This document shows positions 45,755 through 54,440 of a DNA stretch of 60,955 nt, one piece after another. A program made the translations under genes and the position numbers. The notes beneath the pieces were generated by a model that made no database searches, was not told where the DNA came from, and was given only the letters and a program-made list of their open reading frames with translations. The stretch lies in the IMG/VR virus record IMGVR_UViG_3300042465_004842, positions 1 to 60,955 of that record; one strand, 5' to 3'. Origin of the DNA: a virus (lineage: Duplodnaviria > Caudoviricetes). The first letter of the stretch is position 1; the number at the start of each line of letters is the position of its first letter.

Positions 45755-46711
45755 ATGGCTAATTCAGTACCTGATTCACAGTTGGAATTTAATTTAGGGG
45801 ATGACGAAGTAGAGACTTCGGTATCCGTAGCAGAAGACAAAGAGGAAGACCAAGGCTCTGTTATTGAAGCAGAGGAACAGTCTTCTCCTATAATAGAAGA
45901 ACCACCTCAGGAACCTGTTCAAAAATCAGAACTTGATACGGTTAGTGACGCGGTTCAAAAGCGTATTTCCAAATTAACCGCAAAAATGCGGGAGGCGGAA
46001 CGCCGTGAACAAGCAGCCCTTGAATATGCCAGAGGCATTCAAGCACAGGCTAATGATCTGCAAACCAGATTAGTCCAGACTGATCAAAGTAGGCTGTCCG
46101 AGACTAAGACTAGGATGGATACCCAACAAGCTACCCTTCGTGCCATCATCAAAAGAGCGCGGGAAGAGGGGGATATTGATACCGAGACAGAAGCGCAGGA
46201 AAAACTGTCGGACTTATCGTATGAGCAACGACGTATTTCTGAGTGGATGGCTCAACAGCAGTATCAGCAAGAACAGCAGCAACAGCCACAACCACAACAA
46301 CAATACCAACAACCACAACAGCAACCTAGGCAAGCCCCACAGGCTGCACCTCCTAGCCCAAAAGCGGAAGAATGGGCTGCTAGAAATGAGTGGTTTGGTA
46401 AAGATCGTGTTCTAACGTATGCTGCGTGGGGAATTCATCAGTCTTTGACTGAGGAAGAAGGAATTGACGCAGATACAGACGAGTACTATACTGAATTAGA
46501 TAACAGGTTACGTTTGGAGTTTCCTCAGAAACTTCAGCCTTCTGTTCAAACTAACAGACAACGGAATACCGTGCCATCCGTTGCCCCTGCTACCCGTAGT
46601 TCTGGGATAAATAGTGCACGTCGGACGGTGAGATTATCACCAAGTCAAGTTGCTATCGCAAAAAAACTCGGCGTTCCTCTTGAGGAATATGCCAAATATG
46701 TGAAGGATTAA
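45755..46711 (+). CDS. Putative capsid scaffolding protein
   Basis: Acidic N-terminus, coiled coil, poly-Q/P linker, 'WAARNEWFG', C-terminal 'IAKKLGVPLEEYAK'. Confidence 0.75.
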   Translation: MANSVPDSQLEFNLGDDEVETSVSVAEDKEEDQGSVIEAEEQSSPIIEEPPQEPVQKSELDTVSDAVQKRISKLTAKMREAERREQAALEYARGIQAQANDLQTRLVQTDQSRLSETKTRMDTQQATLRAIIKRAREEGDIDTETEAQEKLSDLSYEQRRISEWMAQQQYQQEQQQQPQPQQQYQQPQQQPRQAPQAAPPSPKAEEWAARNEWFGKDRVLTYAAWGIHQSLTEEEGIDADTDEYYTELDNRLRLEFPQKLQPSVQTNRQRNTVPSVAPATRSSGINSARRTVRLSPSQVAIAKKLGVPLEEYAKYVKD

Positions 46712-46714
46712 ATC

Positions 46715-47185
46715 ATGGCTGACCAGAAACTTACTATCGACCGCGCTCCTCGCACTACACGTGAGAAGGAAGCACGTCGCAAACCTTGGGCTCCTCCTTC
46801 ACGTTTGGACGCGCCACCTGCCCCTCCCGGGTACAAGCATCGTTGGATTCGCGCTGAAATCAACGGATTTGACGACAAGCAACACGTCTACGGTCGTCTT
46901 CGCGAAGGGTATGAACTCGTTCGCAATGAAGAACTACCAGAAGAGTATCGCGACACCATGCCAACAATTGAAGATGGCAAACATGCTGGCGTGATTTCTG
47001 TAGGCGGTTTATTGCTTGCTCGAATTCCTGAAGAAACAGTTGCAGAACGTAACGAGCATTATGGACGGAAGGCACAGGATCAGATTAAATCGGTAGACAA
47101 CGAATTGATGCGTGAAAACGCGCATTCGACAATGCGAATACAGAATCCCGAAAGGAATTCTCGCACTACTTTTGGAAACCGTTAA
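46715..47185 (+). CDS. Head-module protein
   Basis: 'WAPPSRLDAP..PPGYKHRWIR', 'LREGYELV', 'VGGLLLARIP'. Confidence 0.7.
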   Translation: MADQKLTIDRAPRTTREKEARRKPWAPPSRLDAPPAPPGYKHRWIRAEINGFDDKQHVYGRLREGYELVRNEELPEEYRDTMPTIEDGKHAGVISVGGLLLARIPEETVAERNEHYGRKAQDQIKSVDNELMRENAHSTMRIQNPERNSRTTFGNR

Positions 47186-47214
47186 TTCGGTATTTATCTT
47201 TTTAGGAGCTACAA

Positions 47215-47793
47215 ATGGCAAACGTAAATAAGCCTTTTGGTCTGCGCCCGATGGGTAACCTTTCTGCTACTGGTGCTCAGAAGCAGTATGGCTATCTAAT
47301 TGCGGACAACCAAGCTGGCGCAATCTTCCAAGGTGACTTGGTTGTTGTATATGATGGTTACATCATTAAATATGATGCATCCACACATGCTGCACCTACT
47401 GGTGTATTCAACGGTTGTAACTACGTTGATCCAACTTCGGGTAAGCCCACATGGTCTAACTACTACCCCGGTTCAGTAAACATCACTTCTGGTGTTATTA
47501 CTGCTGATGTATTAGATGATCCAAATCAGTTATTCTCAATCCAAGCAGCTGGTACTTTGACACAAGCTGACATTGGTAAAAATGCTGATCCTACTGCATC
47601 AACCACTGGTAGCACAGTAAATGGTGTCTCTAACGGCACTCTTGGTACTCCTGCAAAAACTGCGGCATTGACGATGAAGATTGTTGGCTTGTACAGCACT
47701 CCTAGTAATGAAATGGGCCAGTATGCAGTAGTTATTGTTAAACTCAATCAACACCAGTACGGTAGTGTCGGTGTTGCTGCTGACGGAGCGTAA
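47215..47793 (+). CDS. Capsid decoration / minor capsid protein
   Basis: MANVNKPFGLRP, IFQGDLV, GVFNGC.Y; immediately upstream of the major capsid gene. Confidence 0.7.
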   Translation: MANVNKPFGLRPMGNLSATGAQKQYGYLIADNQAGAIFQGDLVVVYDGYIIKYDASTHAAPTGVFNGCNYVDPTSGKPTWSNYYPGSVNITSGVITADVLDDPNQLFSIQAAGTLTQADIGKNADPTASTTGSTVNGVSNGTLGTPAKTAALTMKIVGLYSTPSNEMGQYAVVIVKLNQHQYGSVGVAADGA

Positions 47794-47795
47794 TC

Positions 47796-48713
47796 ATGGC
47801 TATTTCTCGTTCACAACTAGTTAAAGAACTAGAGCCCGGCCTGAACGCTTTGTTCGGCATGGAATATCGTCGCTACGAAAACGAACACACCCAGATCTTC
47901 TCAGTTGAGACTTCTGATCGTGCGTTTGAAGAAGAAGTGATGTTGACGGGCTTTAATGAAGCCCCAACCAAAAATGAAGGTGCTGGCGTTCAGTACGATA
48001 CCGCTTTGGAATCGTTCACCGCTCGTTACACTCATGAAACTATCGCTTTGGCGTTTGCTCTGACCGAAGAAGCTATCGAAGATAACCTCTACGATAGTCT
48101 GTCTAAGCGTTACACACGCGCCCTTGCTCGTTCGATTCAGTACACCAAGCAAGTTAAAGCAGCTTCGGTATTGAACAATGCGTTTAATACTGGTGGTTCT
48201 TACAACGGTGGTGACGGCGTGTCTCTGTGCAACAGCGCACACCCAACCGCACTTGGTCCTAACTTCAGCAATACTCCTGCTGTAGCTGCCGACTTGAATG
48301 AAACCTCGCTTGAGCAAGGTATTATTGATGTCGCTGGTTACACTGACGAACGTGGCTTGAAGGTAGCTGTATCCGTTGTGAAAATGATTATTCCTTCACA
48401 ACTGCAGTTTACGGCAGAGCGTTTGATGAAATCTACTCTACGTACTGCAACTGCGGATAATGACATCAACGCAATCCGTTCGATGGGCATGGTTCCACAG
48501 GGTTATTCGGTTAATCACTTCCTGACAGATCCAGATGCTTGGTTCTTGATGACTGATGCACCTAACGGCTTGAAGATGTTCCAGCGTTCGCCACTCAAGA
48601 CTGCCTTTGAAGGTGATTTTGATACTGGCAACGTGCGCTACAAGGCACGTGAGCGTTACAGCTTCGGCTGGTCTGATCCTCGTGGAATTTACGGTTCAAC
48701 AGGCGCAGCGTAA
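47796..48713 (+). CDS. Major capsid protein
   Basis: MAISRSQLVKELEPGLNALFG...SDRAFEEEV...DFDTGNVRYKARERYSFGWSDPRG; strongly biased codons. Confidence 0.92.
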   Translation: MAISRSQLVKELEPGLNALFGMEYRRYENEHTQIFSVETSDRAFEEEVMLTGFNEAPTKNEGAGVQYDTALESFTARYTHETIALAFALTEEAIEDNLYDSLSKRYTRALARSIQYTKQVKAASVLNNAFNTGGSYNGGDGVSLCNSAHPTALGPNFSNTPAVAADLNETSLEQGIIDVAGYTDERGLKVAVSVVKMIIPSQLQFTAERLMKSTLRTATADNDINAIRSMGMVPQGYSVNHFLTDPDAWFLMTDAPNGLKMFQRSPLKTAFEGDFDTGNVRYKARERYSFGWSDPRGIYGSTGAA

Positions 48714-48719
48714 TGTAAG

Positions 48720-48745
48720 AAAAGGGAGCTTCGGCTCCCTTTTTT
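48720..48745 (+). terminator. Rho-independent terminator
   Basis: AAAAGGGAGC-TTCG-GCTCCCTTTTTT. Confidence 0.9.
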
Positions 48746-48797
48746 ATTTGGTCAAAATGTTTGCTTTTTGTTCTTTTTATGCTATAAACATATTATT

Positions 48798-48867
48798 CCG
48801 GGAACCCCGGTATGTCGAACAGTCCCGGCTGACTTCATGCAGATCGACATACTTACAAGCATGAGGA
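48798..48867 (+). ncRNA. Candidate doubly pseudoknotted cis-regulatory leader RNA
   Basis: Four interleaved complementary pairs between an extended -10 (TGcTATAAA 48780-88) and the RBS. Confidence 0.6.
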
Positions 48868-48874
48868 AAATGAC

Positions 48875-49297
48875 ATGGCACGTTCTACCTTTTCGGGCCC
48901 AGTAGTCTCGAACAACGGCTTTATCGCTGGGCATCAAATTACCACAACAGACAACGCAATTCCCGCTACAGCTGTAGCTACAGCGGCGCAAGTTGCTACT
49001 GGCTACATCACTACTACTTCAGCAGCAACTACCACTATTACCCTGCCAACAGGTACTCTTTTAGGTGGCCTTATTGGTGCAACTCGTGGTACTTCATTTG
49101 ATTTATATGTTGATAACACGGCTGGTGCTAGTGTCGTAACTATTGCGGTAGCTACAAATGGCATTTTGTCCAGCGCAGCGGCTGATACGCCCGGTAGCTT
49201 TGGTGATTTGACCATTGCAGCGGGTGCTACGGGTCTTGCTCGTTTCACCATTATGTTCTCTAGTCCAACGGCATACGTATTTACTCGTACAGCCTAA
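48875..49297 (+). CDS. Virion structural protein
   Basis: MARSTFSGPVVS.NGF; Thr/Ala-rich. Confidence 0.7.
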   Translation: MARSTFSGPVVSNNGFIAGHQITTTDNAIPATAVATAAQVATGYITTTSAATTTITLPTGTLLGGLIGATRGTSFDLYVDNTAGASVVTIAVATNGILSSAAADTPGSFGDLTIAAGATGLARFTIMFSSPTAYVFTRTA

Positions 49298-49309
49298 TAG
49301 GAGGCTGTT

Positions 49310-49588
49310 ATGGGATTTGCAAGTGATGTCAAGAGCACTAGATTAGCGGCTAGTGGCGCTATTTTTGCTGGTCGCTCCCGTGTAAGAGGTATTTACATAG
49401 TTCCCGGCGTAGCGGCAGGCTCCGTTGTTGTCAACAATGGCAACGGCGGAACTGCGGTATGCACTATTGATACGGCTGCGTCAGGCACGACTACTTATAT
49501 TCATCTTCCCGAAGACGGTATTTTATGTGAGAACGGCTCTTACGCTGTGCTTACAGGCGTTACTGCAGCCACCTTCTTCTATGCGTAA
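49310..49588 (+). CDS. Small virion structural protein
   Basis: SDVKS...RVRGI...PEDGIL...TFFYA. Confidence 0.7.
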   Translation: MGFASDVKSTRLAASGAIFAGRSRVRGIYIVPGVAAGSVVVNNGNGGTAVCTIDTAASGTTTYIHLPEDGILCENGSYAVLTGVTAATFFYA

Positions 49589-49598
49589 GGATACGAAA

Positions 49599-49793
49599 AT
49601 GAAAAATATGCATAAAATGCCTAATGGCAAAATGATGAAGGATTCGGACATGGAGTATGGTGGCGAATCAGAAAAGATGGAAAAAATGGAATATAAGATG
49701 GGCGGCGGCTATATGAAAAAAATGGCTAAAGGCGGCTCAGTAACTCCTCGTGGTTGCGGGCAAGCTAAGAACAAGCCCTGCAAGATATGCTGA
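49599..49793 (+). CDS. Small Met/Lys-rich protein with AxGG tags
   Basis: MHKMPNGKMMKDSDM...YKMGG...MAKGGSV..RGCG.A....CKIC; AAGGA RBS. Confidence 0.65.
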   Translation: MKNMHKMPNGKMMKDSDMEYGGESEKMEKMEYKMGGGYMKKMAKGGSVTPRGCGQAKNKPCKIC

Positions 49794-49794
49794 C

Positions 49795-50037
49795 ATGGAG
49801 TTAATGCTTTGGAACATTCTACTTTCTGTTCTCATGACCATTTTTGGGTGGGTATTAAAAGAGAAATCTGATGAGTTGAATCGTATTCAAATTCTCTTGA
49901 ATAGAACAAGAGAAGAAGTAGCAAAAGAATACGTGACAAAAACTGAGGTCCATGCCGATATTAATCGTGTGCTGGATAGATTAGATCGTCTGGATGAAAA
50001 ATTAGATAGGTTAATGGGAGTTAGACATGCCAGCTAA
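49795..50037 (+). CDS. Membrane-anchored coiled-coil protein
   Basis: N-terminal TM, 'ILLNRTREEVAKEYVTK', LDRLDEKLDRL. Confidence 0.7.
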   Translation: MELMLWNILLSVLMTIFGWVLKEKSDELNRIQILLNRTREEVAKEYVTKTEVHADINRVLDRLDRLDEKLDRLMGVRHAS

Positions 50038-50344
50038 AAGTGCCAAGCAAAAAAAGCTAATGGATGCGGCTGCGCATAGTCCAGCTTTTGCTAAGAAAGT
50101 GGGTATTCCTTCTAAGGTAGCTAAGAAATTTAGCCGCACAAGTAAGGGCATGGAGTTTAAAAATGGCGGTATTTCTCGTGTAGGTAGAGCCGTTACTCCT
50201 AGTCGCCGTGACCCAGATATTGGAAAGATGATCAAAGAAGTAAAAGTTGAGAAAGATTCAACGATTATGGAATACGCTAGTGGTGGCGAGGTTGTCGTAA
50301 GGGGCACAGGCGCTGCACGTACTCAAAAAGCACGTATTTGTTAA
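50027..50344 (+). CDS. Small basic protein with AxGG tags
   Basis: MPAKSAKQKKLM.AAAH.P.FAKKVGIP; FKNGG, YASGG, RGTGAA. Confidence 0.75.
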   Translation: MPAKSAKQKKLMDAAAHSPAFAKKVGIPSKVAKKFSRTSKGMEFKNGGISRVGRAVTPSRRDPDIGKMIKEVKVEKDSTIMEYASGGEVVVRGTGAARTQKARIC

Positions 50345-50354
50345 AGGAAAAATC

Positions 50355-50801
50355 ATGGCCTTTCTAAAAAAAGTAGCAAGAGCGGTTGCGTCAGGTAGCC
50401 CAGTAGCGGCTGGAAAATCGTCTGGAATGTTTGGCGGAGCACTTAAAAAAGCTATGCCAAAAATTAAAGAAGCAATAGCTAGTGGTGCAGCAGCACCAGC
50501 GGCAGCAGCGAAAGGCCGTGGTCGTTCGGGTTTAGGTGGGATGCTGTCTGGCTCCTACACTGCAACGGCTAAAGCAGGAGCAGCTAATCCTAGAGGCGCA
50601 GGGAGTGGCTTGATGGGTGGTGCAATTAAACAAGCTATGGCGAAACGTGGCATGGGCCTTAAAAACGGCGGCATGGCAGAAGATAAAGCTGGTCGCGCCT
50701 TAGGTAAAAAGACAGCAGACTCAATGGGCCGTGCTATGGCTAAAGCCCCGATGAAGAAAAATATGGGTGGTATGGCTAAAAAATCGTCTAAGAAATGCTA
50801 A
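50355..50801 (+). CDS. Lys/Ala/Gly-rich basic protein with AxGG tags
   Basis: Low complexity; LKNGG, KNMGG. Confidence 0.65.
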   Translation: MAFLKKVARAVASGSPVAAGKSSGMFGGALKKAMPKIKEAIASGAAAPAAAAKGRGRSGLGGMLSGSYTATAKAGAANPRGAGSGLMGGAIKQAMAKRGMGLKNGGMAEDKAGRALGKKTADSMGRAMAKAPMKKNMGGMAKKSSKKC

Positions 50802-50807
50802 TAAGAC

Positions 50808-51482
50808 ATGACCACATCCGGTACAGCAACATTCAATCTTGATATTGATGATCTCATTGCCGAGGCGTTTGAACGCTGCGGCCTTGAGACGCGTACCGGG
50901 TATGATCTTCTGACAGCAAGACGTTCGTTAAATCTTTTGTTTGCTGATTGGGCAAACAGGGGTTTAAATCTGTGGACCATTGAGCAACGTCAGACAACAA
51001 TGGTGCTAGGGCAATTTGAATACACATTGCCAGCAGATACAGTAAATGTATTGTCTGCTGTTATACGTACCAATTCAGGAACCACTAATCAACAGGATAT
51101 AAGTATTGACCGTATTAGTCGTGCGGAATACTTGAATTTACCTGACAAATATACGCAGTCGCGTCCTGCGCAGTATTACGTCGAACGTACAATATCCCCT
51201 AAGCTGTATGTGTATCCTGCGCCTGATTCGTCGCAGCCGTATATCTTCCGCTACTATGCGATTCGTCGTATTGAGGATGTAGGGGCGTATACGAACACAA
51301 CAGATATTGTTTTTAGATTTTATCCATGCATGGCAGCGGGATTAGCTTATTACATCGCACTTAAAAAAGCTCCTGATCGCGTGGTTATGTTAAAGCAGTT
51401 TTATGAAGAAGAATTTCAACGTGCTGCACAGGAAGATAGAGATATTGCGAGTGTGTATTTGGTTCCAGACATGGGTAACTAG
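50808..51482 (+). CDS. Head-tail adaptor-like protein
   Basis: TTSGTATFNLD..EAFERCG..TARRSLNL..WANRGLNLW. Confidence 0.75.
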   Translation: MTTSGTATFNLDIDDLIAEAFERCGLETRTGYDLLTARRSLNLLFADWANRGLNLWTIEQRQTTMVLGQFEYTLPADTVNVLSAVIRTNSGTTNQQDISIDRISRAEYLNLPDKYTQSRPAQYYVERTISPKLYVYPAPDSSQPYIFRYYAIRRIEDVGAYTNTTDIVFRFYPCMAAGLAYYIALKKAPDRVVMLKQFYEEEFQRAAQEDRDIASVYLVPDMGN

Positions 51483-51490
51483 GAACTATT

Positions 51491-51823
51491 ATGGGTGGTT
51501 ATGCGTCAGGCAAGTATTCCATAGCCATATGTGACAGATGTGGTCAGCAATATAAGTATTTGGAATTAAAAAAGGAATGGACAGGGTTTAAGGTTTGTCC
51601 GGAGTGCTACGAACCAAAGCACCCACAACTTTTACCTAAGAGGACATTGAATGAGCCGCAGGCAATATATCAGCCGCGCCCTCAAGGTCCTACAGAAGTA
51701 AACGTATTCGTTGGAGGCCCGGGGCCATCTACATTTGAAAGTGTTGGTATGCAACCCACAGCGTTAACTCCGCCATTAGTTGGACTTTTTGCACTAGGAA
51801 CCGTTACGGTAGTGATTACATGA
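51491..51823 (+). CDS. Zinc-ribbon protein in the neck module
   Basis: CDRCG....VCPECYEPKHPQL. Confidence 0.7.
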   Translation: MGGYASGKYSIAICDRCGQQYKYLELKKEWTGFKVCPECYEPKHPQLLPKRTLNEPQAIYQPRPQGPTEVNVFVGGPGPSTFESVGMQPTALTPPLVGLFALGTVTVVIT

Positions 51824-52479
51824 ACTATGCCGAACTAACTGCTGCGATTGAGGACTACACTGAAAATAGTTTTACTTCGGTGGAATTAGCTACTTTTGTG
51901 GATCAAGCAGAACAGCGTATTTACAATACGGTTCAACTAGCTGCTCTTCGCAAAAACGTAGAAGGTCTGCTTACTTCTGGTAATAAGTACCTTAGTTGCC
52001 CATCTGATTTCCTCTCCGTATTTTCTATTGCTGTAGTCAATAGCAGTGGGGAGTATGTGTATCTGCTGGATAAAGATGTCAACTACATTAGGGCGATGTA
52101 CCCATCACCTACAGCTACTGGTCTTCCAAAGTACTATGCAATTTTTGGCCCGACTACGTCTAATGGATCTATAACTAATGAGCTGTCATTGATTTTGGGC
52201 CCAATGCCTGATTCAAACTATACGACAGAACTTCATTATTATTACTACCCTCAATCTATTGTTACCGCAGGTACTTCATGGCTAGGTGATAACTACGATC
52301 CAGCATTGCTATATGGCTCATTAGTTGAAGCTTATATCTTCATGAAGGGCGAACAAGATATGATGGCGTATTACGAAAAGAAATTCCAAGATGCGCTTAT
52401 GCAGCTTAAACGTCTGGGCGATGGCCTTGAGCGTGGTGATGCATACCGTGATGGTCAAGTTAAATATAAGGTTTCGTAA
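51820..52479 (+). CDS. Neck / tail tubular protein
   Basis: MNYAEL..AI.DYTEN, AEQRI, G.PKYYA, LLYGSLVEAY.FMKG. Confidence 0.75.
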   Translation: MNYAELTAAIEDYTENSFTSVELATFVDQAEQRIYNTVQLAALRKNVEGLLTSGNKYLSCPSDFLSVFSIAVVNSSGEYVYLLDKDVNYIRAMYPSPTATGLPKYYAIFGPTTSNGSITNELSLILGPMPDSNYTTELHYYYYPQSIVTAGTSWLGDNYDPALLYGSLVEAYIFMKGEQDMMAYYEKKFQDALMQLKRLGDGLERGDAYRDGQVKYKVS

Positions 52480-52901
52480 TGGCAATTACGCAAGCATTTG
52501 CTAATAGTTTTAAATCTCAGGTCTTGCAGGGAGATCAGGATTTAACAGCAGATACGCTTAAAATGGCGCTGTACACAAGCTCCGCTTCATTAGGGGCAAG
52601 CACTACTGCTTACGCTACTACGAATGAGGTAACGGGCACTGGGTATACAGCGGGTGGAAATACGATTAGTGGTGTGACAATAGCTACATCGGCTTCTGGG
52701 GTAGTTTATTTAAGCTTTAATACGGTGTCTTGGCCCGGATCGACGTTTACAGCTAGGGGTGCACTTATTTATAACAGCACTAGAAGTAATTCGGCTGTGG
52801 CAGTATTGGACTTTGGGATGGATCAGACTTGCAGTAACCAGATCTTTGCGGTTACGCTTCCACCAAATAATTTTAGTTCTGCGATATTTCGTTTTTCATA
52901 A
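52479..52901 (+). CDS. Tail structural protein, paralog A
   Basis: MAITQA..SFK...KMALYT...GYTAGG...ARGALIYN...VLDFG. Confidence 0.75.
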   Translation: MAITQAFANSFKSQVLQGDQDLTADTLKMALYTSSASLGASTTAYATTNEVTGTGYTAGGNTISGVTIATSASGVVYLSFNTVSWPGSTFTARGALIYNSTRSNSAVAVLDFGMDQTCSNQIFAVTLPPNNFSSAIFRFS

Positions 52902-52909
52902 GGTTAGTT

Positions 52910-53194
52910 ATGTTTACTAGTGGAGGCGCACTCTTAGGACAGATTACTGCAATATCGGTATCTGGACGTGGATTTACGCCTGAAGAAGTAGCAGAAATGG
53001 CCTTGGATAAGATTATTTATATCGGAGAAAGCTCCCATCCAGCCCTTCGCGATCAAGCAGAGGCTTTTAGGGATCAGATTCGTACAGTATTGGTGAAATA
53101 CATGAGACAAGCAGTTGTTTCTCACAATACTACGCTTGCAAACAAGCTTCGCGATGCTGGGCATCCTGAGCTAATTAAACTTTTGGAGAATTAA
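52910..53194 (+). CDS. Tail-module protein
   Basis: RGFTPEE.AE.ALDKII...RDQAEAF. Confidence 0.7.
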   Translation: MFTSGGALLGQITAISVSGRGFTPEEVAEMALDKIIYIGESSHPALRDQAEAFRDQIRTVLVKYMRQAVVSHNTTLANKLRDAGHPELIKLLEN

Positions 53195-53195
53195 A

Positions 53196-53660
53196 ATGGC
53201 TATTAGCGTAACCACAGCAATGCCTACGTCCTTTAAAGTAGAGATACTTAAAGCCGTACACAATTTCACAGCTTCTACTGGCAATACTTTTAAGATTGCT
53301 TTGATGAAAGCAACTGCGGCTGGTTCAGGCACGTATGGTGCAGCAACTACTAGCTATACAGACTTGACAGGTAACTCTGATGAGGTTGCTAGTGGTAGTG
53401 GCTATACCACAGGCGGTAATACACTTGTTTCAGTTACTCCTGTGGCGAGTAGCACCACAGCCGTATGTGACTTTGATAATACAACATGGTCTGCAGCTAC
53501 GTTTACTAGCTGTGGCGCTATTATTTATAACGATACAGCAGCAGGTGATCCAGCTTGTGCTGTGTTGAGCTTTGGTGGTGATCAGCAAGTAAGCTCGGGA
53601 GATTTTCAGATTCAATTCCCCGCTCCTGTTGCAGCTACTGCAATCATCCGTATTGCTTAA
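53196..53660 (+). CDS. Tail structural protein, paralog B
   Basis: Homologous to 52479..52901 (SFK, GYTTGG, GAIIYN, VLSFGGD). Confidence 0.75.
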   Translation: MAISVTTAMPTSFKVEILKAVHNFTASTGNTFKIALMKATAAGSGTYGAATTSYTDLTGNSDEVASGSGYTTGGNTLVSVTPVASSTTAVCDFDNTTWSAATFTSCGAIIYNDTAAGDPACAVLSFGGDQQVSSGDFQIQFPAPVAATAIIRIA

Positions 53661-53672
53661 TAGGAAGAGAAT

Positions 53673-54431
53673 GTGCCGAACCTCGTTAAATCGTGGGGTG
53701 AAGGAGCGTGGAGTGACGCTACATGGGGCGGTATCCCTGCTTCCAACACGGTTGGCTGGGGTTCAGGCACATGGGGACAAAATGCGTGGGGCGGTATTGT
53801 TGAAGCCGTTATCCCTACGGGTGTCGAAGGAACAGGTAGTGTAGGAAGTATTTATCCGGTTGTTTCTGCTAATCCTGTAGGGGTTGTAGGAACCGGATCA
53901 ATTGGAACAGTAGTTATACCGCAGCAGGTTGTTTTAACGCCTACTGGGGTACAAGGAACAGGCGCAATCGGTTCCCCTACGTTCTTCTTTGGGGTAGTGT
54001 TTACGCCAAATGGCGTTTCAGGCACAGGCGCAGTAAATGATGCGACAGTAAGTACATCGCCAACGGTTTCGGTTACTGGCGTACAGGGCACGGGTTCAAT
54101 AGGAACTGTATTTGTACCGATTAACGCGGTTGGTGTGCAGGGAACAGGTTCAGTTGGGACTGTTACTACAGTATACGAAGAAATAGTTGTAGTAACTGGA
54201 GTAGAAGGTGTTTCTGCAGTTGGTGGAGTTGGCGTGTCAACTGGAGAAACAGTTCTTCCAGTTGGCATAGCAGCAATTGGCAGCATTGGTACACCTTCGG
54301 TAAGTTATAATCATATTGAAAATGTAATTGGTGTTGCTGGGACGGGAGCGGTAGGAACAGTCCTCATTCGTAAGTGGTCCGTGGTCAACGATTATCAAGA
54401 TCCTAACTGGGTCCTGATCCAAGTAGCATAA
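53673..54431 (+). CDS. Repetitive tail fibre/shaft protein
   Basis: N-terminal WG repeats, then repeated (T)GVxGTGxxGTV units. Confidence 0.7.
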   Translation: MPNLVKSWGEGAWSDATWGGIPASNTVGWGSGTWGQNAWGGIVEAVIPTGVEGTGSVGSIYPVVSANPVGVVGTGSIGTVVIPQQVVLTPTGVQGTGAIGSPTFFFGVVFTPNGVSGTGAVNDATVSTSPTVSVTGVQGTGSIGTVFVPINAVGVQGTGSVGTVTTVYEEIVVVTGVEGVSAVGGVGVSTGETVLPVGIAAIGSIGTPSVSYNHIENVIGVAGTGAVGTVLIRKWSVVNDYQDPNWVLIQVA

Positions 54432-54440
54432 GGAACTAAT

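Noticed and set aside
46254-46325. CAG/CAA microsatellite as a contingency locus
   Set aside because: It is an imperfect in-frame repeat encoding the poly-Q/P linker of the scaffold-like protein.
48798-48867. HDV-like/theta or hammerhead ribozyme
   Set aside because: The helix order differs from the HDV nested double pseudoknot, and there is no CUGAUGA/GAAA core.
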